DNA of 34,473 bases from Haemophilus sp. HMSC068C11 (GCA_905371285.1 CAJPKS010000001.1:1-34473); one strand, 5' to 3'; positions 8,515 to 23,566 are shown, counted from the stretch's first letter. The notes: generated by a model not told the origin, from the sequence alone. Made by a program: numbers and translations.

Positions 8515-9972
8515 ATGTCAGAAGAAAAGAAAAAAGGTGGATTTTGGGCCTCCCTTTTTGGTCGCAATAAAAAGCAAGAAGAACAAAAAATTGAGCCAAT
8601 TATTGAAGAGCCATCTGTCGAACCTGCCGATGTTTCACCTGAGGAAGAAATTGTTCACGCTGAAGAGAACGTTCAATTAGAACAAGTTGAACAGGAAGAA
8701 TTACAGGAATTAGCTGAACAACTGCAAGAAGATAAAGCAGAAGAGGTCGTTGTTGAGCACCTTGAACCTATTGTCGAAGAAGTGATTTCACCTGAAAGTG
8801 CGGTCAATGTTGAACCTGTTTTAGATACACCGGTGATTGAAACAATTGACGAAGAAACAGTAAAAACAGAAGAAATTTCAACCGCACTTCCTACAGCAGA
8901 GCCAGCAGAAAGCATTATTGAACAAGATAATGTCATTGAAGATCTTCCTGTGGTTGAAGCTGAGATTGAGCCTGAAATTGTTGACGATGTTAAAGACGAA
9001 TTACGTTCAGATATCAATACCGAAACGCAAGAAAAACCAAGTGAAGGTGGCTTTTTCAGTCGTTTAGTCAAAGGCTTACTCAAAACCAAACAAAATATTG
9101 GTGCGGGTTTCCGTTCTTTCTTTTTAGGCAAGAAAATTGATGATGATTTGTTTGATGAGTTGGAAGAGCAACTTTTGATTGCGGATATTGGCGTACCAAC
9201 AACCAATAAAATCATTAAGAATTTAACGGAGCATGCAAGTCGTAAACAATTACAAGATGCGGAATTACTTTACCAACAACTTAAAGTTGAAATGGCGGAG
9301 ATCTTAAAACCTGTCGCGCAGCCGCTAGTTATTGATACCACTAAAAAACCGTATGTTATTTTAATGGTTGGCGTGAATGGTGTAGGTAAAACAACCACAA
9401 TTGGTAAGTTGGCTCGTAAATTCCAAAATGAAGGTAAATCAGTCATGTTAGCGGCAGGGGATACTTTCCGTGCGGCAGCAGTAGAACAACTTCAAGTATG
9501 GGGTGAACGTAATAATATCCCGGTGGTGGCACAAAGTACAGGGTCAGATTCTGCGTCGGTGATTTTTGATGCGATGCAATCTGCCGCAGCACGTAACATT
9601 GATATTTTAATTGCGGATACGGCAGGACGTTTACAAAATAAAAATAATCTCATGGATGAATTGAAGAAAATTGTTCGCGTCATGAAAAAATACGATGAAA
9701 CCGCACCGCACGAAATTATGCTTACTCTTGATGCGGGTACAGGACAAAATGCAATTAGCCAAGCTAAACTCTTTGATGAAGCAGTTGGACTAACCGGTAT
9801 CTCATTAACCAAGTTAGACGGTACAGCAAAAGGTGGGGTAATTTTCGCCATTGCAGATCAGTTTAATTTACCAATTCGTTATATTGGTGTGGGTGAAAAG
9901 ATTGAAGATTTACGCGAATTTAATGCAGAAGAATTTATTGAAGCATTGTTTGTTCACGAAAATGAAGAATAA
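8515..9972 (+). CDS. ftsY: SRP receptor GTPase FtsY with acidic N-terminal domain
   Basis: GVNGVGKTTT, DTAGR, TKLDGTAKGG; ATG at 8515 preferred over TTG at 8494. Confidence 0.97.
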   Translation: MSEEKKKGGFWASLFGRNKKQEEQKIEPIIEEPSVEPADVSPEEEIVHAEENVQLEQVEQEELQELAEQLQEDKAEEVVVEHLEPIVEEVISPESAVNVEPVLDTPVIETIDEETVKTEEISTALPTAEPAESIIEQDNVIEDLPVVEAEIEPEIVDDVKDELRSDINTETQEKPSEGGFFSRLVKGLLKTKQNIGAGFRSFFLGKKIDDDLFDELEEQLLIADIGVPTTNKIIKNLTEHASRKQLQDAELLYQQLKVEMAEILKPVAQPLVIDTTKKPYVILMVGVNGVGKTTTIGKLARKFQNEGKSVMLAAGDTFRAAAVEQLQVWGERNNIPVVAQSTGSDSASVIFDAMQSAAARNIDILIADTAGRLQNKNNLMDELKKIVRVMKKYDETAPHEIMLTLDAGTGQNAISQAKLFDEAVGLTGISLTKLDGTAKGGVIFAIADQFNLPIRYIGVGEKIEDLREFNAEEFIEALFVHENEE

Positions 9973-9986
9973 AAAGGAATAATAAA

Positions 9987-10643
9987 GTGATTCGATTTTC
10001 AAATGTCTCTAAAGCTTATCACGGTGCGACTCAGCCGGCCTTGCAGGGTTTGAATTTTCATCTTCCTGTCGGAAGTATGACTTATCTTGTTGGGCATTCT
10101 GGCGCGGGTAAAAGTACCTTGCTTAAATTAATCATGGGAATGGAAAAGGCGAATGCTGGAAATATTTGGTTTAATGGTCATGATATTACGCGTTTGTCTA
10201 AATATGAAATCCCATTTTTACGTCGTCAAATCGGTATGGTTCACCAAGATTATCGTTTATTAACGGATCGTAGCGTGGTAGAAAATGTGGCGCTGCCATT
10301 GATTATTGCTGGCATGAACCCGAAAGAAGCACATACACGTGCATTGGTTGCATTAGATCGTGTGGGCTTACGTAGTAAAGCGAATTATATGCCGCCACAA
10401 ATCTCAGGTGGGGAACAACAACGTGTAGATATCGCACGCGCAATCGTACATAAACCGCAACTTTTATTAGCGGATGAGCCGACAGGCAATCTTGATGATG
10501 AACTTTCCTTAGGGATTTTTAATCTTTTTGAAGAGTTTAATCGTTTAGGGGTGACAGTCTTGATTGCGACACACGATATCAATTTAATTCAAAAAAAACC
10601 AAAACCATGTCTTGTACTTGAACAAGGCTATTTACGCTATTAA
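9987..10643 (+). CDS. ftsE: Cell division ATP-binding protein FtsE
   Basis: Walker A GHSGAGKST, ISGGEQQRV, DEPTGNLD; ftsYEX order; GTG start. Confidence 0.96.
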   Translation: MIRFSNVSKAYHGATQPALQGLNFHLPVGSMTYLVGHSGAGKSTLLKLIMGMEKANAGNIWFNGHDITRLSKYEIPFLRRQIGMVHQDYRLLTDRSVVENVALPLIIAGMNPKEAHTRALVALDRVGLRSKANYMPPQISGGEQQRVDIARAIVHKPQLLLADEPTGNLDDELSLGIFNLFEEFNRLGVTVLIATHDINLIQKKPKPCLVLEQGYLRY

Positions 10644-10652
10644 GGATAAAAA

Positions 10653-11585
10653 ATGACAAGACGTATTGATGCTTCTTTTGGCGTGCAAACTGCCTATACT
10701 TTGCGTTCTGTTTGGGGCGATTTGGTAAAACGTAAATTTGGTACATTGCTAACGATTTTAGTCATTGCCGTGTCTTTAACGATTCCAACGGTGAGCTATT
10801 TGTTATGGAAAAATTTACATTTAGCAACGACTCAATTTTATCCGGAAAGCGAACTCACAATCTATTTACATAAAAATTTAAGTGAAGAAGATGCTAACTT
10901 GGTGGTGGAAAAAATCCGTCAGCAAGAAGGTGTGGAATCGTTAAATTATGTTTCTCGTCAAGACAGTTTGAAAGAATTTAAAAGTTGGTCTGGTTTTGGT
11001 GAAGAGTTAGAAATTTTAGATGACAACCCATTGCCGGCTGTGGTGATGGTGAAACCCTCTAAAGCGTTTAATGAATCAGAAAAACGAGCTGAGTTACGCG
11101 CAAATTTAAATAAAATTAAAGGTGTGCAGGAAGTTCGACTAGATAACGATTGGATGGAAAAATTGACTGCACTTTCATGGTTGTTTGCGCACGTAGCAAT
11201 TTTCTGCACGGTGTTAATGACAATAGCTGTATTCCTCGTTATCGGAAATAGCATTCGTTCTGATGTTTATAGTAGCCGTGCAAGTATTGATGTGATGAAG
11301 CTATTAGGTGCAACGGATCAATTTATTCTTCGCCCTTATCTTTACACTGGTATGATTTATGCAGTGTTAGGTGGATTTGTCGCAGCCGTATTTAGTAGTC
11401 TTATTGTGGGTTACTTTACTTCAGCCGTGAAGTATGTGACGGATATCTTTGCGGTCACCTTTGAGCTCAATGGATTAGGTGTAGGCGAGCTGATCTTCTT
11501 ATTAGTAAGTTGCTTGATTATGGGTTATGTTGGTGCATGGATTGCAGCAACAAGACATATTGCAATGTTAGATAACAAACTATAG
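10653..11585 (+). CDS. ftsX: Cell division permease FtsX
   Basis: NPLPAV, IGNSIR, MKLLGAT; 4 TM segments. Confidence 0.96.
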   Translation: MTRRIDASFGVQTAYTLRSVWGDLVKRKFGTLLTILVIAVSLTIPTVSYLLWKNLHLATTQFYPESELTIYLHKNLSEEDANLVVEKIRQQEGVESLNYVSRQDSLKEFKSWSGFGEELEILDDNPLPAVVMVKPSKAFNESEKRAELRANLNKIKGVQEVRLDNDWMEKLTALSWLFAHVAIFCTVLMTIAVFLVIGNSIRSDVYSSRASIDVMKLLGATDQFILRPYLYTGMIYAVLGGFVAAVFSSLIVGYFTSAVKYVTDIFAVTFELNGLGVGELIFLLVSCLIMGYVGAWIAATRHIAMLDNKL

Positions 11586-11598
11586 ATTCATTTATATT

Positions 11599-11664
11599 AA
11601 AGTGCGGTCATTTTTTGTCGTGTTTTCAGCTGAAAAACATTCGGGAAAATGACCGCACTTTTTT
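11599..11664 (+). terminator. ftsX terminator from an inverted USS pair
   Basis: AAAGTGCGGTCATTTT...AAAATGACCGCACTTTTTT. Confidence 0.85.
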
Positions 11665-11692
11665 GTATATGGAAATTAATTGAACAAAAAGC

Positions 11693-11721
11693 TTGCATAA
11701 TTAGGTGTTTTTGTGTAATAT
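11693..11721 (+). promoter_or_regulatory. S10 operon sigma70 promoter
   Basis: TTGCAT-17-TAATAT followed by a GC-rich discriminator. Confidence 0.7.
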
Positions 11722-11724
11722 CCA

Positions 11725-12227
<503 letters not shown>

Positions 12228-12243
12228 TTAAGAGGTTATTACA

Positions 12244-12870
12244 ATGATTGGTTTAGTCGGTCGTAAAGTTGGTATGACCCGTATCTTCAATGAAGACGGT
12301 GTTTCTGTACCAGTTACCGTTATCGAAATCGAAGCCAACCGCGTAACTCAAGTTAAAACTCTTGAAAACGATGGCTATACTGCAGTTCAAGTTACTACTG
12401 GTTCTAAAAAAGCGAATCGTGTAACTAAACCTGAAGCAGGCCATTTCGTGAAAGCAGGTGTTGAAGCTGGTCGCGGTTTATGGGAATTTCGTACTGAAGG
12501 TGAAGAATTCACTTTAGGTCAAGAAATCAATGTTGACATCTTTGCAGATGTTAAAAAAGTAGATGTTACTGGTACTTCTAAAGGTAAAGGTTTCCAAGGT
12601 GGTGTTAAACGTTGGAACTTCCGTACTCAAGATGCTACACACGGTAACTCTTTATCACATCGTGTACTTGGTTCTATTGGTCAAAACCAAACTCCAGGTC
12701 GTGTGTTTAAAGGTAAAAAAATGGCAGGACATTTAGGTGCTGAGCGTGTAACCGTTCAATCACTTGAAGTTGTTCGTGTAGATGCTGAGCGTAAATTGCT
12801 ATTAGTAAAAGGTTCTGTACCTGGTGCTATCAATGGCGATGTTATCGTTAAGCCGGCAGTTAAAGCATAA
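12244..12870 (+). CDS. rplC: 50S ribosomal protein L3
   Basis: [12 protein letters not shown]; operon order. Confidence 0.99.
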   Translation: MIGLVGRKVGMTRIFNEDGVSVPVTVIEIEANRVTQVKTLENDGYTAVQVTTGSKKANRVTKPEAGHFVKAGVEAGRGLWEFRTEGEEFTLGQEINVDIFADVKKVDVTGTSKGKGFQGGVKRWNFRTQDATHGNSLSHRVLGSIGQNQTPGRVFKGKKMAGHLGAERVTVQSLEVVRVDAERKLLLVKGSVPGAINGDVIVKPAVKA

Positions 12871-12885
12871 GTCTAGGAGATAGAG

Positions 12886-13488
12886 ATGGAATTACAAGTT
12901 GTAGGTGCAAACGCACTAACTGTTTCTGAAACTACCTTCGGACGTGAGTTTAACGAAGCTTTGATTCACCAAGTTGTTGTTGCTTATGCAGCAGGTGCTC
13001 GTCAAGGTACTCGTGCGCAAAAAACTCGTGCTGAAGTGTCTGGTTCAGGTAAAAAACCTTGGCGTCAAAAAGGTACAGGTCGTGCTCGTTCTGGTGATAT
13101 CAAATCACCAATCTGGCGTTCTGGTGGTACAACCTTCGCGGCAAAACCACAAGATCACAACCAAAAAGTGAACAAGAAAATGTACCGTGGTGCTATCAAA
13201 AGCATTCTTTCTGAATTAGTTCGTCAAGACCGTTTGGTTGTTGTTGAAAAATTCGAATTAGATGCACCAAAAACTAAAGTATTAGTACAAAAATTAAAAG
13301 ATTTAGCAGTTGAAGATGCGTTAATTATCACAGCAAGTTTAGATGAAAATCTATTCTTAGCGGCACGTAACTTATATAAAGTTGATGTACGTGATGTTCA
13401 AGGTATCGATCCAGTTAGCTTAATCGCTTTCGATAAAGTGATTGTTACTGTTGATGCTGTGAAACAAATTGAGGAGATCCTAGCATGA
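12886..13488 (+). CDS. rplD: 50S ribosomal protein L4
   Basis: [12 protein letters not shown]. Confidence 0.99.
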   Translation: MELQVVGANALTVSETTFGREFNEALIHQVVVAYAAGARQGTRAQKTRAEVSGSGKKPWRQKGTGRARSGDIKSPIWRSGGTTFAAKPQDHNQKVNKKMYRGAIKSILSELVRQDRLVVVEKFELDAPKTKVLVQKLKDLAVEDALIITASLDENLFLAARNLYKVDVRDVQGIDPVSLIAFDKVIVTVDAVKQIEEILA

Positions 13489-13784
13489 GTCAAGAACGTT
13501 TGCTAAGCGTGCTACGTGCACCGCACATCTCTGAAAAAGCAACTAACAATGCTGAAAAATCTAACACTGTTGTACTTAAAGTTGCTTTAGATGCGAACAA
13601 AGCTGAAATTGCTGCTGCTGTTGCTCAATTATTTGAAGTAAAAGTTGACTCAGTTCGTACTGTGGTTGTTAAAGGTAAAACTAAACGCCGTGGTAACAAA
13701 ATGGGTCGTCGCAGCGACTGGAAAAAAGCTTATGTAACTTTAGCCGAAGGCCAAAACTTGGACTTCGTGGACAGTGCAGAGTAA
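13485..13784 (+). CDS. rplW: 50S ribosomal protein L23
   Basis: [15 protein letters not shown]. Confidence 0.99.
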   Translation: MSQERLLSVLRAPHISEKATNNAEKSNTVVLKVALDANKAEIAAAVAQLFEVKVDSVRTVVVKGKTKRRGNKMGRRSDWKKAYVTLAEGQNLDFVDSAE

Positions 13785-13801
13785 TCGGAGGAAATTAGAG
13801 A

Positions 13802-14623
13802 ATGGCTATCGTTAAATGTAAGCCGACCTCCGCTGGTCGTCGTCACGTTGTTAAAATCGTGAACCCTGAATTATACAAGGGTAAACCTTACGCGCCTCTT
13901 CTAGATACTAAATCTAAAACTGGTGGTCGTAACAATTATGGTCGTATTACCACTCGCCACATCGGTGGTGGTCATAAACAACATTACCGTTTAATCGATT
14001 TCAAACGTAACAAGTTAGATATCCCAGCGGTTGTTGAACGTTTAGAATATGATCCAAACCGTTCAGCTAACATTGCTTTAGTGCTTTATAAAGATGGTGA
14101 ACGCCGTTATATCTTAGCACCTAAAGGTTTGTCAGTTGGCGATCAAATCCAATCTGGCGTTAACTCACCAATTAAAGTGGGTAACTCATTACCAATGCGT
14201 AATATCCCAGTTGGTTCAACAGTACATAACGTTGAATTAAAACCAGGTAAAGGCGGTCAAATCGCTCGTTCTGCTGGTGCTTATGTACAAATCATCGCTC
14301 GTGAAGGCAACTACGTAACTTTACGTTTACGTTCAGGCGAAATGCGTAAAGTATTAGCTGAATGTGTTGCTACAATCGGTGAAGTTGGTAACTCAGAACA
14401 TATGCTTCGCGTATTGGGTAAAGCTGGTGCTAACCGCTGGAGAGGTATTCGCCCTACAGTTCGTGGTACTGCAATGAACCCAGTAGATCACCCACACGGT
14501 GGTGGTGAAGGTCGTAACTTTGGTAAACACCCAGTAACTCCTTGGGGCGTTCAAACTAAAGGTAAGAAAACTCGTCACAACAAACGTACTGATAAATATA
14601 TCGTACGTCGTCGTGGCAAATAA
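13802..14623 (+). CDS. rplB: 50S ribosomal protein L2
   Basis: [13 protein letters not shown]. Confidence 0.99.
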   Translation: MAIVKCKPTSAGRRHVVKIVNPELYKGKPYAPLLDTKSKTGGRNNYGRITTRHIGGGHKQHYRLIDFKRNKLDIPAVVERLEYDPNRSANIALVLYKDGERRYILAPKGLSVGDQIQSGVNSPIKVGNSLPMRNIPVGSTVHNVELKPGKGGQIARSAGAYVQIIAREGNYVTLRLRSGEMRKVLAECVATIGEVGNSEHMLRVLGKAGANRWRGIRPTVRGTAMNPVDHPHGGGEGRNFGKHPVTPWGVQTKGKKTRHNKRTDKYIVRRRGK

Positions 14624-14644
14624 TTTAAATTAATAAGAGGATAA

Positions 14645-14923
<279 letters not shown>

Positions 14924-14934
14924 GAGGTAAATAG

Positions 14935-15267
<333 letters not shown>

Positions 15268-15284
15268 TAAGTAGAGGAATAGCA

Positions 15285-15992
15285 ATGGGTCAAAAAGTAA
15301 ATCCAAATGGTATTCGCCTAGGTATTGTAAAACCTTGGAACTCTACTTGGTTCGCGAATACACAAGATTTCGCCGACAATCTTGACGGTGACTTCAAAGT
15401 ACGCAAATTCTTAACTAAAGAATTAGCAAACGCTTCGGTTTCACGTATTACTATTGAGCGTCCAGCGAAAAGTATTCGTGTAACAATTCACACAGCTCGC
15501 CCTGGTATCGTTATCGGTAAAAAAGGTGAAGATGTTGAAAAATTACGTAACGCAGTATCTCAAATCGCTGGCGTTCCGGCTCAAATCAACATTGCTGAAG
15601 TGAAAAAACCGGAATTAGATGCAAAATTAGTTGCAGATAGCATCGCTTCTCAATTAGAACGTCGTGTAATGTTCCGTCGTGCTATGAAACGTGCGGTACA
15701 AAGCGCAATGCGTTTAGGTGCTAAAGGTATCAAAGTTGAAGTTAGCGGTCGTTTAGGTGGTGCAGAAATCGCACGTTCTGAATGGTATCGTGAAGGTCGT
15801 GTACCTCTACATACTCTTCGTGCGGACATCGATTATAACACTGCAGAAGCTCATACTACATACGGCGTAATCGGCGTTAAAGTATGGATCTTCAAAGGTG
15901 AAATTTTGGGTGGAATGGCTGCAGTTGCGCAATCAGAACAACAACCTGCCGACAAGCCTAAAAAGGCTCCGCGTGGCAAAGGTCGTAAGTAA
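15285..15992 (+). CDS. rpsC: 30S ribosomal protein S3
   Basis: [13 protein letters not shown]. Confidence 0.99.
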   Translation: MGQKVNPNGIRLGIVKPWNSTWFANTQDFADNLDGDFKVRKFLTKELANASVSRITIERPAKSIRVTIHTARPGIVIGKKGEDVEKLRNAVSQIAGVPAQINIAEVKKPELDAKLVADSIASQLERRVMFRRAMKRAVQSAMRLGAKGIKVEVSGRLGGAEIARSEWYREGRVPLHTLRADIDYNTAEAHTTYGVIGVKVWIFKGEILGGMAAVAQSEQQPADKPKKAPRGKGRK

Positions 15993-16005
15993 GGAGAAAC
16001 GCTAA

Positions 16006-16415
<410 letters not shown>

Positions 16416-16416
<1 letters not shown>

Positions 16417-16607
16417 TGAAAGCTCAAGATTTACGTACAAAAAGTGTTGAAGAGCTGAATAATGAATTAGTGAACCTTTTAGGTGAACAATTCAAGTTGC
16501 GTATGCAAACAGCCACCGGTCAGCTTCAACAAACCCATCAGGCTAAACAAGTGCGTCGTGATATCGCACGCGTTAAAACCATTTTAACTGAGAAGGCGGG
16601 TGAGTAA
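16416..16607 (+). CDS. rpmC: 50S ribosomal protein L29
   Basis: [10 protein letters not shown]; operon order. Confidence 0.99.
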
Positions 16608-16864
16608 TGACTGATAAAATTCGTAGCGTACAAGGTAAAGTTGTTAGCGACAAAATGGAAAAATCTTTCGTTGTTGCTATTGAACGTAAGGTAAAACACC
16701 CGTTATACGGTAAATTTATCCGTCGTACAACTAAATTACACGTACACGATGAGAACAACGAAGCCAAATTAGGTGATGTAGTAGAGATTCGCGAATGTCG
16801 TCCTCTCTCTAAAACCAAATCTTGGACTTTAGTTCGTGTTGTTGAGAAAGCAGTTATTGCTTAA
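16607..16864 (+). CDS. rpsQ: 30S ribosomal protein S17
   Basis: [15 protein letters not shown]. Confidence 0.99.
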   Translation: MTDKIRSVQGKVVSDKMEKSFVVAIERKVKHPLYGKFIRRTTKLHVHDENNEAKLGDVVEIRECRPLSKTKSWTLVRVVEKAVIA

Positions 16865-16881
16865 TTAACAAATTAAAAAAT

Positions 16882-16912
16882 AAAAGCCAATGGTTATGCC
16901 GTTGGCTTTTTT
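16882..16912 (+). terminator. S10 operon terminator
   Basis: AAAAGCCAATGG-ttatg-CCGTTGGCTTTTTT. Confidence 0.8.
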
Positions 16913-16987
16913 CTTTCCAAGACTTGCTAAAAAGTCATAAAAATTTGACCGCACTTTAAATACGCTAATTTAAGCGTAAAATTTTGA

Positions 16988-17016
16988 TTGCGTTTCTAGC
17001 TTGATTTTGGTAAACT
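16988..17016 (+). promoter_or_regulatory. spc operon promoter
   Basis: TTGCGT-17-TAAACT with extended TG and GC-rich discriminator. Confidence 0.7.
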
Positions 17017-17099
17017 CCGCCACCTATCCGCCATATATCTTTATAAGGCATGGATAGGTTCGTCCCGCAAGGGTGTATTATTAACTTAACGGAGCATAA

Positions 17100-17474
<375 letters not shown>

Positions 17475-17487
17475 GGAGAAGTGAGAA

Positions 17488-18673
<1,186 letters not shown>

Positions 18674-18709
18674 TATACCACTTTATTTTGGAATCGGAGA
18701 AAAAGTACA

Positions 18710-19102
18710 ATGAGTATGCAAGATCCAATCGCAGATATGCTGACCCGTATTCGTAACGGTCAAGCTGCGAACAAAGTTGCAATCAATATGCCTTCTTCCA
18801 AGCTAAAAGTGGCAATTGCCAACGTATTAGCTGCTGAAGGTTATATCGAAAGCGTTAAAGTTTTAGAAGGTGCAAAACCTGAATTGGAAATTACTTTAAA
18901 ATATTTCCAAGGCAAACCGGTTGTAGAAAGCATCCAACGTGTAAGCCGTCCAGGCCTTCGTATTTACAAACGTAAAGACGAATTACCAAAAGTTATGGGT
19001 GGTTTAGGTGTTGCTGTAATTTCTACATCTAAAGGTGTTATGACTGACCGTGCAGCTCGTCAAGCGGGCTTAGGCGGTGAGATCATCTGTTACGTAGCTT
19101 AA
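18710..19102 (+). CDS. rpsH: 30S ribosomal protein S8
   Basis: [16 protein letters not shown]. Confidence 0.99.
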   Translation: MSMQDPIADMLTRIRNGQAANKVAINMPSSKLKVAIANVLAAEGYIESVKVLEGAKPELEITLKYFQGKPVVESIQRVSRPGLRIYKRKDELPKVMGGLGVAVISTSKGVMTDRAARQAGLGGEIICYVA

Positions 19103-19117
19103 TAGAGGGGTAGGAAA

Positions 19118-19651
19118 ATGTCTCGTGTTGCAAAGGCACCTGTTAATATTCCTGCCGGCGTTGAAGTTAAACTCGACGGTCAGCTATTAACAGTAAAAGG
19201 AAAAAATGGCGAGTTATCTCGCACAATTCATCACTCAGTTGAAGTTAAACAAGATAATGGTCAATTTACTTTCACTCCACGTGAAGGTTTTGTTGAAGCG
19301 AATGCTCAATCGGGTACAGCTCGAGCATTAGTTAATGCAATGGTTATCGGTGTTACTGAAGGCTTCACTAAGAAATTACAATTAGTGGGTGTTGGTTACA
19401 GAGCTCAAGTTAAAGGCAACGTAGTTGCATTAAGCTTAGGTTTCTCTCACCCTGTGGAGCACACTTTACCAGCAGGTATTACTGCTGAATGCCCTTCACA
19501 AACGGAAATCGTTTTAAAAGGTGCTGACAAGCAGTTAATTGGTCAAGTTGCAGCAGATATTCGCGCTTATCGCCGTCCTGAACCTTATAAAGGTAAAGGT
19601 GTACGTTACTCTGATGAAGTAGTACGTATGAAAGAGGCTAAGAAGAAATAA
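19118..19651 (+). CDS. rplF: 50S ribosomal protein L6
   Basis: [11 protein letters not shown]. Confidence 0.99.
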   Translation: MSRVAKAPVNIPAGVEVKLDGQLLTVKGKNGELSRTIHHSVEVKQDNGQFTFTPREGFVEANAQSGTARALVNAMVIGVTEGFTKKLQLVGVGYRAQVKGNVVALSLGFSHPVEHTLPAGITAECPSQTEIVLKGADKQLIGQVAADIRAYRRPEPYKGKGVRYSDEVVRMKEAKKK

Positions 19652-19664
19652 TTAAGGTAACACT

Positions 19665-20018
19665 ATGGATAAGAAATCAGCTCGTATCCGTCGTGCAGCT
19701 CGTGCACGTCATATGATGAGAGAGCAAGGTGTAACTCGTCTAGTTATTCACCGTACTCCGCGTCATATCTATGCACAAGTTATTGCACCAAACGGTTCAG
19801 AAGTGCTTGCCGCTGCTTCAACTGTTGAAAAAGCAATTCGTGAGCAAGTTAAATATACCGGTAATAAAGATGCCGCAGCAGTAGTAGGTAAACTTGTTGC
19901 TGAGCGCGCATTAGCAAAAGGCGTTAAAGACGTTGCTTTTGACCGTTCCGGTTTTAAATATCATGGTCGTGTCCAAACTTTAGCGGACGCTGCACGTGAA
20001 GCTGGTCTACAGTTCTAA
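19665..20018 (+). CDS. rplR: 50S ribosomal protein L18
   Basis: [12 protein letters not shown]. Confidence 0.99.
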   Translation: MDKKSARIRRAARARHMMREQGVTRLVIHRTPRHIYAQVIAPNGSEVLAAASTVEKAIREQVKYTGNKDAAAVVGKLVAERALAKGVKDVAFDRSGFKYHGRVQTLADAAREAGLQF

Positions 20019-20026
20019 TGAGGTAA

Positions 20027-20533
<507 letters not shown>

Positions 20534-20539
20534 TTGATA

Positions 20540-20719
20540 ATGGCTAAAACTATTAAAGTAACTCAAGTTCGTAGCTCAATTGCTCGTTTACCGAAGCACA
20601 AAGCTACCTTGCGTGGTCTTGGTCTTCGCCATATGCACCATACTGTTGAGTTAATCGATACTCCGGCAGTACGTGGTATGATTAACCAAGTTTCATACAT
20701 GGTTAAAGTGGAGGAGTAA
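20540..20719 (+). CDS. rpmD: 50S ribosomal protein L30
   Basis: [15 protein letters not shown] at 20540. Confidence 0.98.
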
Positions 20720-20723
20720 GAGA

Positions 20724-21158
20724 ATGCGTTTAAATACTCTATCTCCGGCTGAAGGTGCTAAGCACAGCGCAAAACGCCTTGGTCGTGGTATTGGTTCAGG
20801 TTTAGGAAAAACTGGTGGTCGTGGTCATAAAGGTCAAAAATCTCGTACTGGCGGCGGTGTTCGTCGTGGTTTCGAGGGTGGTCAAATGCCATTATACCGT
20901 CGTTTACCAAAATTTGGTTTCACTTCAATGAAATCAGCTGTAACTGCTGAAGTTCGTTTAAACGAATTAACAAAAGTTGAAGGAAATGTTGTCACTTTAG
21001 AAGCATTAAAAGCTGCAAACATTTTAACTAAAGATATTCAATTCGCTAAAGTTATCTTAGCTGGTGAAGTGAAATCTGCAGTTACTGTACGTGGTTTACG
21101 TGTAACTAAAGGTGCAAAAGCAGCAATCGAAGCTGCTGGCGGTTCAGTTGAGGAATAA
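20724..21158 (+). CDS. rplO: 50S ribosomal protein L15
   Basis: [15 protein letters not shown]. Confidence 0.99.
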   Translation: MRLNTLSPAEGAKHSAKRLGRGIGSGLGKTGGRGHKGQKSRTGGGVRRGFEGGQMPLYRRLPKFGFTSMKSAVTAEVRLNELTKVEGNVVTLEALKAANILTKDIQFAKVILAGEVKSAVTVRGLRVTKGAKAAIEAAGGSVEE

Positions 21159-21165
21159 TTAGCAA

Positions 21166-22491
21166 ATGGCTAAACAACCAGGTTATCAAAGCAGAAGTAC
21201 TAATAGTGGTACTGGTGAACTAAAAAGCAGATTGCTTTTTGTATTAGGTGCACTTATCGTTTATCGTATTGGTTCTTTTATTCCGCTTCCTGGTATTGAT
21301 GCCGCCGTGCTAGCTCAATTAGTTGAACAACAAAAAGGCACCATCATTGATATGTTAAACATGTTCTCTGGTGGTGCATTGAGCCGAGCATCAATTTTAG
21401 CATTAGGTATTATGCCGTATATCTCGGCATCTATCGTGATGCAATTGCTTGCGACGGTTTCCCCTGCCTTAGCAGAATTGAAAAAAGAAGGCGCAGCAGG
21501 ACAAAGAAAAATCACCAAGTATACTCGTTATGCAACGGTGGTTTTTGCTACTATCCAAGCTATCGCAATTTCTACCGGTTTACCGAATATGTTGCCACAG
21601 TTAGTGCCAAATATCGGTTTTACTTTTTACTTCACTGCAGTAGTGAGTCTTGTAACCGGAACCATGTTCTTAATGTGGTTAGGTGAGCAAATTACTGAAA
21701 GAGGTATTGGTAACGGTATCTCAATTCTTGTTTTTGGTGGTATTGTTGCAGGATTGCCGCATGCAATCATCGAAACAGTTGAGCAAGCTCGTCAAGGACA
21801 AATGCATCCTTTAGTTCTTCTACTAATCGCTGCTATTGTTTTTGCAGTAACTTATTTTGTTGTCTTCGTAGAACGTGGACAACGTAGAATTCGTGTTGAA
21901 TATGCTAAGCGTCAACAAGGACGTCAAATTTTAGGTGGTCATTCAACTCACTTACCATTAAAAGTTAATATGGCAAACGTAATGCCAGCAATTTTTGCTT
22001 CAAGCATTATTTTATTCCCAGCTACATTGACACAATGGTTTGGTCAGAATGATAAGTTTGAGTGGTTAAATGACTTATCAATGTTGTTGAATCCTGGACA
22101 ACCTTTATATCTTCTTGTTTATGCGGTAGCGATTATTTTCTTCAGTTTCTTCTATACTGCAATGCAATATAATCCACGTGATACAGCAGATAATCTAAAA
22201 AAATCTGGTGCATTTATCCCAGGAATTAGACCAGGTGAACAAACATCACGTTACATTGATAAAGTGATGACTCGCTTAACATTAATTGGCGGTCTTTATG
22301 TAACGTTCGTATGTTTAGTCCCTTATATTATGACATCAGCATGGGATGTTAAATTCTACTTCGGTGGTACTTCCTTATTAATCGTTGTTGTTGTAATTAT
22401 GGATTTTATCGTGCAAGTTCAGAGTCACTTAATGTCGTCTCAATATGAATCTGCGTTAAAAAAAGCAAACCTTAAAGGTTTTGGACAGTAA
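21166..22491 (+). CDS. secY: Protein translocase subunit SecY
   Basis: [34 protein letters not shown]. Confidence 0.99.
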   Translation: MAKQPGYQSRSTNSGTGELKSRLLFVLGALIVYRIGSFIPLPGIDAAVLAQLVEQQKGTIIDMLNMFSGGALSRASILALGIMPYISASIVMQLLATVSPALAELKKEGAAGQRKITKYTRYATVVFATIQAIAISTGLPNMLPQLVPNIGFTFYFTAVVSLVTGTMFLMWLGEQITERGIGNGISILVFGGIVAGLPHAIIETVEQARQGQMHPLVLLLIAAIVFAVTYFVVFVERGQRRIRVEYAKRQQGRQILGGHSTHLPLKVNMANVMPAIFASSIILFPATLTQWFGQNDKFEWLNDLSMLLNPGQPLYLLVYAVAIIFFSFFYTAMQYNPRDTADNLKKSGAFIPGIRPGEQTSRYIDKVMTRLTLIGGLYVTFVCLVPYIMTSAWDVKFYFGGTSLLIVVVVIMDFIVQVQSHLMSSQYESALKKANLKGFGQ

Positions 22492-22519
22492 TTGTTCATT
22501 TAAGTAAAAAGGATAAGCA

Positions 22520-22633
22520 ATGAAAGTTCGTGCTTCCGTTAAGAAGATGTGTCGTAACTGTAAAATTGTTAAACGTGAAGGTGTTGTTCGCGTATTATGC
22601 AGCGACCCTAAACATAAACAACGTCAAGGTTAA
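22520..22633 (+). CDS. rpmJ: 50S ribosomal protein L36, zinc-ribbon type; below the ORF track cutoff
   Basis: Translated by hand: [44 protein letters not shown]. Confidence 0.98.
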
Positions 22634-22646
22634 TTAACATTTCTTC

Positions 22647-22675
22647 TTGCAAAGAACCGGTTGAGTAGTTATACT
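22647..22675 (+). promoter_or_regulatory. Alpha operon promoter
   Basis: TTGCAA-17-TATACT. Confidence 0.75.
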
Positions 22676-22689
22676 ACTCAACTCATTTA

Positions 22690-22810
22690 TGTCCTTGGTA
22701 TTCTGTTTGAGTATCCTGAAAACGGGCTTTTCAAGATCAGAATACCAAATTAGTTAAAATAATAGGAGTGCATAGTGGCCCGTATTGCAGGCATTAACAT
22801 TCCTGATCAC
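22690..22810 (+). promoter_or_regulatory. Alpha operon leader, S4-binding pseudoknot
   Basis: GAGTATCCTGAAAACGGGCTTTTCA core, complementary GCCCGT in early rpsM, GTG start. Confidence 0.8.
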
Positions 22811-23131
22811 AAACACGCTGTAATCGCTTTAACTGCAATTTACGGTATCGGTAAAACTCGTTCTAAAAGCATTTGTGCTGCGGCGGGTATTGCTGAAGAT
22901 GTTAAGATCAGCGAATTGTCTGAAGAGCAGATTGACAAACTGCGTGACGAAGTTGGTAAATTTACCGTTGAAGGTGACTTACGTCGTGAAGTAACACTAA
23001 ACATCAAACGTCTTTTAGACTTAGGTTGTTACCGTGGTTTACGTCATCGTCGTAGTTTACCGGTACGTGGTCAACGTACTAAAACTAATGCGCGTACCCG
23101 TAAGGGTCCACGTAAGCCGATCAAAAAATAG
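22775..23131 (+). CDS. rpsM: 30S ribosomal protein S13
   Basis: [12 protein letters not shown] start. Confidence 0.99.
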   Translation: MARIAGINIPDHKHAVIALTAIYGIGKTRSKSICAAAGIAEDVKISELSEEQIDKLRDEVGKFTVEGDLRREVTLNIKRLLDLGCYRGLRHRRSLPVRGQRTKTNARTRKGPRKPIKK

Positions 23132-23144
23132 TCGGGGTAAATAA

Positions 23145-23537
<393 letters not shown>

Positions 23538-23566
23538 TGGCGTAATAGGATAGTTGGAGAAAGAAA

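Noticed and set aside
8673..9215. 180-aa Ser-rich ORF antisense to ftsY
   Set aside because: It mirrors the GAA-rich acidic domain, has no SD and overlaps an essential gene.
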